This document shows positions 1 to 15,000 of a DNA stretch of 64,000 nt, in pieces. The position numbers and the translations under genes are program-made. The first letter of the stretch is position 1. Every line of letters starts with the position of its first letter. The DNA comes from Monocercomonoides exilis PA203 (lineage: Eukaryota; Protista; Preaxostyla), in the NCBI GenBank assembly GCA_001643675.2, contig LSRY02000033.1:372001-436000 (forward strand). Reading direction: 5' to 3'. The notes below the pieces were generated by a model. It saw only the letters and a program-made list of their open reading frames with translations, did not search any database and had not been told where the DNA came from.

Positions 1-1
1 A

Positions 2-3000
2 TGCATTTTCATTGTGAGAGCAAATGAATGCAGCTTCTTGTCCATTGCAGCATGTTACATCTTGTACAATGCTTTCATATATAGAAGCTTGTTGATTAAT
101 ACCATTCAATGAAATCAATGGAACGCCTTGAGTAATAAATGATTTTATCGTGGATTTTTGAATAACCAGAATTCCATTAACAGTAAATATCGAAGTTTCG
201 AATTTGCTCAATTTAGAATGCTTATCATCAGGCAAGATCATGCAATCCTCAATCATACAAGTACCACCATTCACATTTACCAATGTTGACTTTCTGCATT
301 TCTCTTCCTGAGAATTATGTAAAATAGTTGCTTTTTTAATGCTCATTTCACCATTTTGTAGAACACTAAACATCACGCTTTTCTCATTTTCAAAGATGGT
401 ATGGATTGCTGTGTTTGCAGTTCCTTTACCTTCGATTACAATTTGCTTCTTCACTTCAATTGTTTCCTTTTCTTTATCAAACACTGGAGATAATAACAAA
501 ACTGTTCCTTGTGTCCAATCAATACTTTTTTCAACAGCAACTTTAATTGACTTGCAAGGAACTTCATTTTTAAGACCGCAATTATCATCCTCGTTCTCTT
601 TTGATTGATCAGCATTTCTAACCTTGTCTTTCATTCCAATATATTTCGGTCTGTCATGTTCCTCTTTGCTTGATCCGTAATATTTGACTCTATTATTATC
701 ATTTGTAGAAGTTAAACTTGGATAAAATGGTGACGATTCTCCATCTTCAGGCAAATCCGCTTGTGTATCTTCGATGTATGCATCCATTCCTTTTGGTGCA
801 GTATTTCCTTCAAAGAATGATCTAATCTTTGACTTATCGTTCTCAGCATTTTCAGCTAACATGTAAAATGCACCTCCCTTTTGACTTGCTTTGTTACTCT
901 TAAACTTACATAATTGAATGCTTAAAGAAGAATCAGTTGGTGTAGGAGGAATAATGTAGACTGCTCCAGCTTCATCAGAAGATGAACATGAATCAACAGT
1001 AACTGATGTCATACTGAACCTTGTTCTACAATGACAATAAATAGCACCTCCCTTTGCTTTTGTTCCCGTAACTTCGCAATGTGTAAATTCACCTCCTATA
1101 ATATCCAAAGTATTATAGAATGAATCAACTGATATTGCACCACCATGTGCAGCTTTCTTTTCCACGTCATCACCAGTTAAAGAACTTGAGCACTTACATG
1201 TTGTAAATTTGCATTGTTCAATTTTACAAACTGGTTTGTTTATGTCATCTTCCTCTCTAACAAGGTTGAGTACACCACGATTGCTCTTGCATTCAATGTT
1301 AGTAAACTCGCATTTTGAAAGTGTTGCCGTTCCACCAATTTCTATCACTGATTGAAGGAATGTGCTAGATGTTTGACCTCCAACAACACAATCTGTCATA
1401 GTCAACGAAGATCCTTTTGACTGAATAATTGCCATGATTTCAATGTTAGTATTTGATTCAAATGAAAACTTAACTTTATTTAATCTCAAGTTACCATTAG
1501 CATTAATTCTAAACACAGCAACTGCTTGATCAAAGCATAAGCCTTTGCTAAATTTAATTGGTGATTCAATAATTATATTTTCAATAGTTAATGAAGAACC
1601 GGATACAGTTAAATATCCTCCATCATCTTCACCAACGTTTGCTTGTTGCTGGCATTTAATTGTTGCAGGAGTATCTGTTTTCGTTGAAACAATCTTTAAG
1701 CCTTTTGTAAATACATATGCTTGCTCTAATGTGAATGATTTACCCGATTCAATATGAATTACAGTATTAGCTGTTCCATGTGTCATAGCATAAGGCAACG
1801 TCAAGCAAGGATAGTATTCTGGTCCACACCAAATATCGTCTCTTGGATTAGTTGACATCACATAAATGTCATCGTCTACGTAATTTTCAATTAGAGAATA
1901 TAAATCAATTGGAACAACATTGAAAATATTTCCTGAATCTAAGCCAACCATAACATTATGTGTTTTACTGAAATATCCTGCTCCAAATACATCTTCTGTT
2001 ACGTAATCCAATAGACTGGAAACTTTTAAGAACAGGCAAGTTCCATGCTTTGCTTTTCCTGTTCCTTTAAGAGTCACATCTTTTGTCAAACCACCAGACG
2101 GCATAACTGATAAATCTAAATACAATCCAGCTCCATAACCATCAGATGAAGAGCAATCACATCCCGCAAATGAAAGATCTCCACTTAATTTTAACATTCC
2201 GTTTGTTGATTGACTGATATAAGAAATAGCTCCACCTTTGTTGGATTGTGGTGATTTGCAATTCGTGAATGTACATTTGTTGATGGTAAGGAATATTGGT
2301 GCCTCTTCAGTAGAAACGCAAGTCATAATGCTTGATTCTCCATTGACATTACAGTCCGTTTGAATATTATTAAATTCAGAATCCTTCAACGATATTGTTC
2401 TAGAAGAAGCAGAGTTTACTTCCATTAATGGTACTCCATACAAATTAAATCCTTTAATTTCTATTCCATCTAATGAAAGAGAACCTCCTTTAACACTGAA
2501 TAAAGATTTTGTAAATCCTTTGACTTTCACATGTTCATCATCACTAGAAATAGTCATTTTCTGAAGAGTAATTTCTCCATTATTTGAAACTTCAAACAAA
2601 GCGGTTTCTCTGTTTGCTGCTTTTGTAGAGTCATGTTCCAAATAAAACTGAGATAATGTTAATTTTCCAGTTCCTGAAACCGCGAAAAATGCAGATTGCT
2701 GAACAGTTTCAAACACAGTGTATAATGTTGAATTATCATCAGTTTTAGGACCATTTCCTTGAATAGAAATTGTGTTATCATTAAATGTAAATGGAGTAAC
2801 TTCTTCAATGTATGATCCTTTTTTGCATTCAACAATTCCAACTTTTGTAGGAATTATCGTAAGAGCCTTATGAATTGTTTTACATCTGAATTCCGAATTA
2901 TCAGTAACACATTTCTCTTCACCAATATCATGTCCATCCTTTGGATCAACAATAAAAGATTTTCTATATTTTTTAATCCAATGTGGTTCCTGGACATGTT

Positions 3001-6000
3001 CCTCTTTGTATTCATGATAAACATATCCATCTTCAACTGTTGTCCAAGACTGAAGGAATGGAGACGCTGTTAATTTATTTGCAAGTTTGTCCAATAAATA
3101 AACATCTTTTCCATTTTCTGAAGGGTCTTTATTATTATCGAAAACAATATTTATATCTCCATTATGCGGTTTCGTCATTTCCCAATAAATACCACTTCCT
3201 TTATGGGCTTTACACTGAGAAATGGTAACAGAACTAATAGTGCATCCATCTGGAATTTGTTCCCAGTACATTGCTCCTCCTCTTGTGCCTTCAACTCCAT
3301 CTGTTCTTTTTCCAACTGAAATATCGCTTCCAGAAAATTGAACATTTACAAGTTCAAATTTACTGGTAACTCCCTCCAAATATAATGCACCTCCTCCAAT
3401 ACTCTCTTCACCTCCAAGTCCGCATCCAATAAATTGTCCACCATTAATTACAAGTGACTTTGCAGTCTTTTCGCAATAAATAGCACCTCCTTTTCCTTTC
3501 TTCTCTGTGTTAGCACACCCAGAGAATTTACAATCAAATATTGAAATCTCCATATTAGCTCCGCTAATGCTGAATACTGATGATTTTTTAGTTGATGTGA
3601 TTGAATTAAAGCTGCAAGATTGGAAATTATATGATCTTTCTCCCAAATTAAACAAACTTTCTTCGACAATTGTAACAAAAGAGCAAGTGATTGACTTGAG
3701 TAATTGTGGATTAACTTCTTTATGTATCTTTATTGGAGAGTAAGTAAATTTGGCAATACTTGTTGCAGTGGGAACAACTTCCAATGAATCGATTGACAGC
3801 AATCCTCCCTTTGCATTCAATATGGCAAAAGTGATTTCATCAGTCCCAGGATGAATAAATTGAACATCCTTCATAATCATCGAAGATGTCGCTCCATCGG
3901 TTGAAATCAATGCTCCAGTTGCAAGTGAGCACACATCTGTAAATGAATTTGGATAATCAATCCTCACATAATCAAAAGTCATTTTAGCTCTGTTCATAAT
4001 TGCAGCATCGTCTCCAAGCGCACCCTTAAGAGAACCTTCAAAAGTAATTAACGATCTTGTTGAAGCTCTACCATTGCTACTTGCAAATTTGACACCTTCT
4101 GTGAATTTCCAATCAATTCCATTTTGAACTTTAACATTTGTAACAATCAAAAATGTTTGCTCTCCAACCATGTCAAATTTATCACTTATAATGTACTTTA
4201 ATGTTTCACAAGGATAGAGAGAATCTCCGCAATATGTCAAACCATCACGTCCTTTATCTGCAACAGAAACATGAACACTTGCTTGCTTTTTGAATGTTGT
4301 ATAGTAATATGACAATTCATTTGGTTTTTCTCCTGTATATTTATCAATACCAACCTTTGCATTAGTAACTGGTTCGGGTACAAGAGTTTTAGGAACAATT
4401 TCGTTCACAATAACTCTTCTCAAATCATTGCATTCAATGAAGAAGTCATATCCAATCTTTGCTTTATTTTCAGTAAATCTTGAAGCTGCATCAATCGAAA
4501 ATTCAGAAGATCCTAAGGAAATGTAAAACGCTCCACCTTTTCCATTTTCGCTGCAAGAACATTTTGTGAATGTTGTTCCATATATGTGGAATTTTTGAGC
4601 TGCACTTCCTGATGTAAATGTAACAACACCTCCTTTAGATGACCCAGGTGATGATATTTCACTAAATGTGCATCCTTTTAATGTTAAACTATATTTGTTA
4701 TTTCCAATAGTTTGTGAATCCACAATGCATCCTCCATCTCCGCCACATCTTGAAATTGAAGAAAATGTAGTTCCTTCAAGATTAATAACTCTCTCATCCG
4801 CAGCTGTTGCTCCAACCAATCTAAACAATGGTGTTGAAGTGGACAAAAATGATTTAACTGTGCAAGATATCAAATTTAAATGTCCTTTTGTAACTTCAAA
4901 CAAAGATACTTCGAGTTTTGTTTTGTGAGAATGTTTATCGTCCGGTTGGAATGTTATTGAATCAAAAATCATAGTTCCATCTTGCAAATCAAATGGTTTA
5001 GTCTTTCTGTTTGACTCTTCAGTTGTATCATGTTGTATAATAAATGATTTTGCTGTCAATTGGCCTTTATTAACTTTCAGAAGAGATAAATGTTCATTCT
5101 CATGATTCTTAATAGTATGCAAAACAACATTTTTAGATGATGCTTGCATCATTATTTGTTTTGCTCCAATGTCAATTGTTTCGTGTTCATTCAAAAATGC
5201 ATTACTTACTAAATTAACTGTGCACTCGCACCATTCCAACGATTTATCAACTGCTAATTTAATTGTCTTACAATCTTTATTGGCCGCTAAACCGCAATCA
5301 TCTCCTTCATATGTTGATGCTTCATTTGCATTTCTCTTTCTAATATCATCTGAAATAAATGTTTTCTTAACAGCCTGAACTTGACCGTTTTCATAGAATA
5401 CTCTATTTTCTTGGACTGAATTTGTTAAACTATCATAGAATGGTGAATCCACATCTGAATTAACGCTAGCTTCATCCTTCATATAAACGTCAATACCATG
5501 ATTTGTAGCAGTGTTACTTTCGAATATGCTCTTTATGTTCTTTGCATATGTTGCACAAGAATCAGATTTGAAATAGAAAGCACCTCCATTTGAAGCAGAA
5601 TTCTTTATAAATTTGCATTGAACAATATCAGCTTTAGAACTTGCAATTATATAAATTGCTCCTGCATGCATTTTGCTTGAACATTCCTGGAACGTACTTC
5701 CAATAATCTTAAGAGCAGCAACTTTATTCAAATATAAAGCACCACCACATGCATCAGCTGCATTTGTTGCTGACCCATTAACAGAACATGATTTAAATGT
5801 ACAATCAGAAATGGTCAATGCTCCAACAAGTTCTTCTGTGCATAATGCAGCTCCTTTCCCATTTTCTTTACTTGAGCCAGAACAGATGCACTTTTCGAAC
5901 AAGCAGTTTGAAATAGCAACGTTTGCATTTATTGTTTGATCATCTTTGTCATTTTTCAATAGCATCAAACCCTGATCATCCTTTACAGTTACTGATATAT

Positions 6001-9000
6001 AATTACAGCTTGTCATTTTAACCTTACTGAAAAATACAAATGGAGTCAAGGTACAAGTTACCTGTTGCAATTCAACATTTGTTAATTGAACATCACCTTT
6101 TGTTTCTTTTATCAGACGAATTGGTATTGTATCTCCTGAAAATTGAACATGATTCATAATTAAAATACCATTAACATTGTCAACTGTAAATACAGCTGCT
6201 GGTTCAAATCTACATACAACATCAGTGAAGCTGTTAGGAACTTTAACTGTAACGTAATTAACTGTCAACTGGGAGTGAACAGTGAAAAATCCTGCTTCAT
6301 CGTTTTCAACAGTTTTCTTTGCAATTAAAGATAAAGAAGTTTTGATATCATTATCAACTGAATTAATGGTAATAACATTATTGAACACATATGGCGAATT
6401 AACATTAAATGAATGTGCTTTACCTAGATGAATAGTTCCTGTTCCTGAAAGATGCTCCATTCCATATGAAAATGATTGGCATGGATATGCTTGTGGTCCA
6501 CAATAAATATCATCATTTGGAATACTTTGATCAACAGTTTTATCATAAATATAAACATTTGATTCGCTATAATGATCATATAAAGAATACAAATCAACAG
6601 GAACAGTGGTAAACACTCCTTTTTCGTCCAGACCAACCATTTCGTTCAAATTATGTGAAAAGATTTGTTCTTTAAATACTTTTTGAATATTATTTCTCAA
6701 ATCAATTCCTTTCACAAACAATGTTTTGCCCTGTGATGCTTGATTACCATTGCATGTGAGTTTTAATCCAACAACGTTCAACTTTGGCATTACAGAAACA
6801 TCGATATAGAACGCTCCACCTCTTGAATTTTGTCCTTCAGCTTTACAGTTGGAGCTTGAAATTGTGTTCGTTAACGTTAATTTCGAAAGTGCTGATGAAG
6901 AAATAAATGAAACGGCTCCACCTTTTGCTGATTCTTGAGCTGTGCATTCAGTAAATGTACATGAGTCAACTGTTAAATCAACAGGTTGAGCATCAGTGGA
7001 GATAACACTCATAATTGAAGCATCACCTTGAACGCTACATCTAAGATTAACATTATTAATATTCACATTCTTCAACTTCAAAGCAAGTGCTCCTTCTCTG
7101 TTGCCAGAAATCAAAGGATTATATTTCAAATTGAAATTTCTAATTGATACTGATGTTAATTCAATATCTCCTCCATGTACGTTAAACATTGAAACAGTAA
7201 AGCTCTTTGATGATTGATGTACATCCTCTGTATCCAAAATAATGTTTGTTAATGTTAATTTTGCCAAATTATCAACAGTAAATAATGATGTTTCTCTGTT
7301 TCCTTCTTTCGAAGAGTTGTGAGTTATTGTGAAAAGTGAAATTCCAAACATCATGTTCGCAGAAACATGGAAAAACGCTTCATCTGATTTTTTCTCGTAC
7401 ATAGTTTTCAAAATACAATTTTCAGCTTTTGTTTCTCCCAATATAGAAACAGATTTATCTTGATATGCAAATGATGTTAACTCTTCATCATATGTTCCAG
7501 TTTTGCACGTAACTGTTCCAACCTTCCCAACAATTAGGTCTATGGCAGTATGAATATGGCGGCAAGCTTCTGCATCTGCAGCATCAGCCGCTTTACAACT
7601 ATCATCATTTTCAACTTTTGAATCAACATTATAGATAGATCTCATGTATTTCATCCAATGTTCTTTTTGTTCTGGTTCCTTTCCTTCAACTTCCAATTTA
7701 ACATTTCCAGTTTTATGATCAGAATAGCAATCTTTAAATGGGGATTCTACAAGCGACTTTGTATTATCAAATAAATGAACATAATGTTGATCATCCTCTA
7801 ATCCCTTAAATGTAACCAACAAAGTATTAACTTTGTTGGCATAAACCCAGTACAATCCCCAACCTTTCAAATCTGTAACTCCTACATGATTAATAACATT
7901 AATAACAGTATTTTCAATCTTTGTTCCTGTTGGAACTTTTTCCAAATAAATAGCTCCTCCCTTATGTAAAGCATCACAAGATGTGAATGTTGAATCAGTA
8001 ATTGACAATGTTGTCGTTAACTGTACAACACAAATAGCACCTCCATAACTTTCTTCTTTATCTTCTTCATTATGATCTTCTCCTGTTACTGAACAACCAG
8101 AGAATTCACACTTTGAAATTGTTAATCCACCTGCTCCTTTAACTCCTATTGCGCCACCTCTTCCTTCTTTTGCTTGACCAACGCAACCAGTAAATGTGCA
8201 TCCACTAATTGTGTACACAGAAGGAGTTCCTGTCAAACTAAATACTGAAGAATCATCTTTTGAAGAAATACTTGTAAATTTGGAATTAGTAATGGTAAAT
8301 TGCATTTCGTCAATTCCCATCAAGCAAGTCTCTTTTACAAATATGTTTGAAAATATAAGATTGTTAAACACATGCGATTTTACAGCTTTCTTCATGATTA
8401 TTGGAGAAGTCAAAAATTTCAATTGCCCTTCAATTCCTGTTCTTTCAACATTAACATTATCCAATAAAACAGATCCGCTTTTAATATTCAATAAAACAAA
8501 TCCGATTTCTGATCCAGTAGATCCATGATTCATATTAATATCTCTTAAGGTCAATGATGCAGATGCTCCATCACTTGTAATCAATGATCCTCTAGCTAAT
8601 GCACAAACATCATCGAATTTATCTGGAAAAGTCAATTTAATTGATTCAAATGTCATTTTTCCATTATTCAAGATTGCCTCGTTATCTTTAATAGCAGCTC
8701 TAAGATCTGATTTAAATTCCAATGTAGCCTCTTCAACCGAATATCTTGTGAATTTAACTCCTTCAACATATTTCCAACTGAGTTGTGTTTCAACATCAGC
8801 TCTATTAATAATCAAGAACACTTTCTCTCCAGCGCCAGCAAATCTATTGTTCATAATAAACTTCATTGATGAGCAAGGATAAGTTACATCACCACAATAT
8901 TCATAATTATCATTTCCTCTATCTGCAACAGAGATATGAACTTGCTCCTTTTTAAGAAATGAAGAATAGTAATAATATAAATCAACAGGTGTATCACCAG

Positions 9001-12000
9001 TGTAGTCATCTTCTCCCATTTTTGTTCCATTTTTAGTTGAGGGAACAACATCACTTCCAATAACAGATGGTATTATTACTTTCCTCAAATCATTTGATTT
9101 AATAAATATATCCGAACCATATTTTGCTGAGGTGTAAGAATATGAAGATGCTTGAATATTTACGTTATTCCAATTACTTAACTGCAGATAAATAGCTCCT
9201 CCTTTTCCTAAATCTTCATCGCATCCACATCTCACAAATTTAGTAGATCGATCAATCTTAAACACTGAAGCATCGCTATGTCCGAAATATGTAATAACTC
9301 CTCCTATTTTCGAATCTGGTGATGAAGATTCATTAAAAGTACATTTATTTATTTCAACAGCATATGTAGCTCCATTGGTACCTCTGCAAGAAATAACAGA
9401 TCCCTGGTCTCCTCCACAACATGAAATTTTCATAAACGCACAACTAGTTAAAGCCACTGAAGCTCCTGTTTGTTGCAAAGTGATTATAGAAGAATGTTCC
9501 ATTTTAAATTGTTCAATTGTGGTATCTTTCATTGTCAACTTAGCAGACACAGTAAATAATGTATTTTTAAATTTATCAGAAAGTGGCTGTCCTTTTGTTG
9601 GTGTAATGACACAATTTTCAACATTCAACTCGCCAGCAGCAACATTAAATAATCCACATTCTAATAACTCAGCTTTTTCCCAATCATGATAAATGATTGA
9701 TCCTCTCGTTGTCAACGATCCAGCATTTATCTGGAATAAATATGTATTCTTTGTAGTGAAACTAGTTTTAATTCTAGATCCTGTATCAGTTGCTCCTTTT
9801 CCTTCAATAGTTATTAATTTTCCTCCAATAATAATGGTTTTATCTTCATTATGAAATTCCTGAGCAGCGAGTGTAACAGTACATGGAGTCCAAGAAAGAC
9901 TGACATCAACACCAACAAATATTGATTTGCAAGCTGTTTTACCACTCAAACCACATTCTGCACCCTCACCGTTTTGTGTTGGATCTGCTAACCTATTTCG
10001 CACATCATTTCCAATGTACATTTTCTTATTTCCTTCGTTAGCTCCATTTTTATAATAAAGTCTTTTTTCTTCATTATTTGATGAAATAGATTCAATAAAT
10101 GGTGATTTATCATTTTCATCTCCGATTGAAGTACCTTGATCTTCAAGATAAACATCATCTCCATGAACACTTCCAACATTTTTATTAAAAACGCTTTTAA
10201 CTTTCTTTTGAAGCATCGATGCATCCTTTGCAAGCATATATATTCCTCCACCCAATTTTGCGATATTTGATTCAAATACGCATCTATCAATGCTTAAGCA
10301 ATCAACATTATTTGTAGTTTCCATGTATATTGAACCACCATTAGAGCCTGCTGTGCATTGACTAAATGTACAATCCTCGATACTTAATGAACTACACAAC
10401 TTTGAATAAATGGCTCCTCCCAATCCGTCTTTTGAAGCAGATTCGCTTGTGCAATTCAAGTTTGCAAACGTTGAAGTTTTAATGTTCAGTCCGTTAACTT
10501 TCTCTTCAACATAAATTGCTGTTCCTTTTGGAACTTTATCTGTTCCTCCAATGCTCGTCATTCCTGAAAAAGTACAATCTTCAATGACACATTTGGCTGA
10601 CATTGGTCCTGTCTTAGCATCATCATCATGTCTTAATGCAATCAACCCTTCCTCCATTAATTTGAATGTACCCCTCAAAAATTTGCAATTTTTAATATTA
10701 GATACTCCTCCAAGATCAAAAGGAGGAACGCTATATGTTGTTGAAACATTCAAAATCACACCATCCAAATCCAAATTACCATTTATCTCTTTGACAAGAC
10801 TCATACTCATGATTGATCCACTTGAAAAATTAAATTTCGAATTTTGAATTGTCAAATGTCCATTTTCTTGGATTCTAAAGACAGAAGTAGGTTCGTACAT
10901 ACAAACTTTTTTCGTAATTGTCTTTGGAAATACAAAATCGATCATGTCGAATTTCAATGAACCAGCATCAATCGTAACTATAGCTGCATCATCACTTGTA
11001 ACATCCAAAGGATTGATTATTATTGTTGCAGAACTCTTTGAATCAATTGGATCAAATGAAATCCTTCCAGAAATAGTTAAGACTTTTTCAAGTGAATGAT
11101 TTTTCAATTGTTCAATATGAACATTAGTAACTTGTCCAACTTGTAAATGTTTTTCAATTACATGTGAAAATGTTTTGCATGGATAAGTCTTTGGTCCACA
11201 ATAAATTGCATCAACAGGATCAGTTGTTCCAATGTTCACAGTTGTAACATAAATGTCTGTATCAGTAAATTCTGTAAATAACGAATAAAGATCAACAGGA
11301 TATTTCTTAAAGTATGGAGTATCAAGACCAACCATTTGATGCATTTCGTTACTAAGATGAGCAGGTGTGAACATTTTTTCAGTTACAAATGTTTTTAAAT
11401 CAGGAGCTTTAACAAATAAAGTCTTTCCATCAGACGCAGAATTAGCATTCGTTCCAAAAGTTCCTGTCAATTCTGTGTTTGGAGATGTTTTATTAATTTC
11501 CACATAAACAGCTCCACCTAATGAATTAACTCCTTGAGCTTCGCATGCATGGAAATTATTTGTGTTAGTGATTTTCAACAAATGTGTTTCTGAAGTTGAA
11601 ATGAAACAAATTGCTCCTCCTTTAACAGACTCTTGAGAAACGCATTCGTCAAATGTACATCCATCAATATTTAGTTGGACATTTCCAACTTTGCTATCAG
11701 ATCCAATAGATATAACTGATGCTTCTCCAGATACAGAACATCTGAGATGAATGTTTGAAAATTCAGTATTTCTAAAGTTATATGTTGTGGCTGTTGTACG
11801 TGACCCAGCAATCAAAGGACTTCCATTCAAATGAAAACCACTAACTTTAGAATCGCTTAACGTTAAAGTTCCTCCTGTAACAGAAAATACTTGCGTTGTG
11901 AAGCTTTTTATTGGAGTATGATCTTGTCCTTCAGTGTGAATATCACAAGCAACCAAATTGAGCTCTCCGTTTCCAGAAATATCAAACAAAGAAATATCTC

Positions 12001-15000
12001 TATTTTGTCTATTTGAAGAATAATGAGTAAAATCGAAATTTTCAATTGTCACTCCACCTGCACATGAAATTACAAATAATGCAGTTTGTTTATCAACAAA
12101 ATTAGTCCTAACCTTAATTTTGTTTGGACCTTCAAAAGGTCTGAGAATAAAACCTCCAATTCGATCATTAATTGGCTTCTTTTCTTCGTAATATCTTTCT
12201 TTATCTCCATCCTTTGTCATGTACACAACTTGAATAACAGCTTTAACATTATTAGCAAGTATACTCACTCCTCTTCCGATGGTTTTACAGTCTTTTGTTT
12301 CATCCTCTAACTTGCATCCATCTTTATCAGGATCGTCTTTTCCGTCCATACCATTAACCTTATATGTTGATCTACGATAAGAAATCCAATTAAAAGAATT
12401 ATCATTTCCGTTTTCGTTTATGATAAGAGAATTTTCTTTTGTAGTTGTCCATGAAGACGCAAACCATTTTTGTTGAATTGCAGCTGGTTTTTGAATATAA
12501 ACATCCACTCCTGTTGCTCCTTCATTACTCAAAAACACCATTGTTGCAACAACTGTTAAGTCATTATTGATGTTCGTCATGTACAATGCTCCACCTTTTG
12601 CAGCATTGCATTTTGAAAATGTGACATCTGTAAATCTAGATGTTGCAGGAATTTCAGAAACAAATACAGCTCCTCCGTTTTCATCAGCCTTGCATGTTGT
12701 AAATTTAATGTTGTTGAAATTAAAGGTTGTTGTAATTCCGCTCACATAAATTGCTCCACCACTTTTTGAAGTGGTGCAAGTTGTAAATTCTGAGTTTTGA
12801 ATTGTAAGAGAAGTCAATGATTTTTCAAATCCAATTGCTCCTCCTTTTGCATTTTCTCCATTTGATTTACATTCATCAAACTTGCAATCGCTTAAACTAA
12901 CAGTGGATGCTCCCTTCTTATCATAAAACACAGCAGCAGTAGTTCCTGTAACACTCTTTGCTTCCAAATTATTGCAGGTAAATGAATTTCCATTTAATTC
13001 AAATAAACTTCCTTTTTTAATGGAAATACTATCCAATTTGATATCTTTCATGGTTGTAATTTTTGCATTTTCTTCGAAAATAAATGGTGATTCATCAAAT
13101 GATATCGCGTTGTTTTGAATTCCATCTTGATAATTCATTTTAAAGAGAGTAAATGATACTGAACCTTTTGAAAATACACCAAATTTAAATGGCATATCTA
13201 ATCCTCCACCAGAAATATAAACATCATTGAAAACCACATTTGCTGAAGTATCCCCTTTCAGTAACATTCCTGGTTTACATGTTGACGAAAATGCATTTGG
13301 AATATTAATGCTAATTGTGTCAAAAGTAATTTTGTTTCTAATTAGCATTACCTCTCCATCTTTTTCATATACATTTAAAGAAGCTGGGAAAGAAAGCACA
13401 CTCCTACTTCCAGCAACGCTTGTAAATTTGTATGCCAAAGACCAAGTTAACGCACTTTCCATATTTGCTCCATTAATAACAGTAAAGATTTGTTCTCCGT
13501 TTTTGTTATGTCGATTATTCATGATGAACGATAAAGTTTTGCAAGGATATACATTTCCCCCACAATAATCATAACCGTCATTTCCTTGATCGCTTGATGA
13601 AACTGCAACATTGTTACTTTTAGTAAACGCTGTGTAGAAGAAGCTTAAATCTATGCCATTGTCCCCTGTATATGTATCATCACCCATTCTCAGCTTTGCA
13701 GCAACGCTTCCAATAACTTTTGGAACTTTATCAGCTGTAATTAAAGGTCTAAGATCATTTGCATGAATCCACATATCAGATCCTAATGCTGCCTTGTTTG
13801 TAGTAAATGTAATTGTATCCTCCATCTTTAAGGTTGATGCACTTGATAGATCCATGTAAATAGCTCCTCCTCTCCCCTTCTCGCAGCTGCAATTTGTAAA
13901 TGTTGTTTTTCCTAAAATTGAAACTTTGGAGCTTGCATCTGCACTAATATAAACAGCACCACCTTTTGAAGATATTTTTGCAGTATTATTTTTGAAAGAA
14001 CATCCATCAATTGTAATTGCAGAATTTAATTGTACCAATTTGGCTTCAATAACCGAAGCACCATCTGAGCAATCTCTCTCGCAATATGAAAAACTGGACT
14101 TAATAAATTTAATTTCTTTACAATCACTAATTTGAATAACTGGAAATCCTCTCAAGTAAAACTTATCAACAGAAACCGAATCAAATGTTACTGATCCATC
14201 AGAAATTGAAAACAATGCAGCATTAAACAGCATTCCAGTATTTTTATGTGCGTTATCTGCCTTTACAGCAACATCATATAAACTGATAATAGCTTCCTGA
14301 TTAGTAACTGTCATTAATGAAACCTTTTCGTTGTTTTTATCTGTAGACATGTGCATTAAAGTCAATTTTTCAAGGCCAAATTTGCAACCATCTCCAATAG
14401 CAAATAAACTCTTTGAATCCTCTTCTAAAATCACTTGAATAATGCTCGATTTGCTTGCACCTCTAATTGTTTGTGAAACACCTTGTGCAGGACTCAATGT
14501 TTTATCATCGTGAGTATATGTTCCAATCAAAAGAGAAACAACAGTGGGTCTAAATTTAAAGCTTTTTTCCATTGCGATTTTAATTGTTTTGCATCTTGTT
14601 GTTTCTGTAAATCCACAATTGTCATCATCTTTCCCATGTTCATTATCAAGATCAACTTCTCGAACGAGAGGTCCATATTTTGGCCATTCTTCATGTTTAT
14701 CTTGATGATAAAACCAGTTTTTCTGAGCATTTGTAACAGATTCTGCATCAAATGGATTTCCTTGAAGATTTTTAGCTGTGTCCATACAGCAAACATCAAA
14801 ACCTTGTTTTGTTTTATCCGTATGATCTGCAACAAAATTATCAACGAATAAAACCTTTTTAAATGGTTGTGTATCTGTTAACGCATCCACAATAGTATAA
14901 TAAATAGCACCTCCATATGAAGCTCCACATTTTTCGAAAATAACATTGTTCATTGTAAAAGATGAAGTTGCATCAAAATGAATTGCACCACCTTCATTAG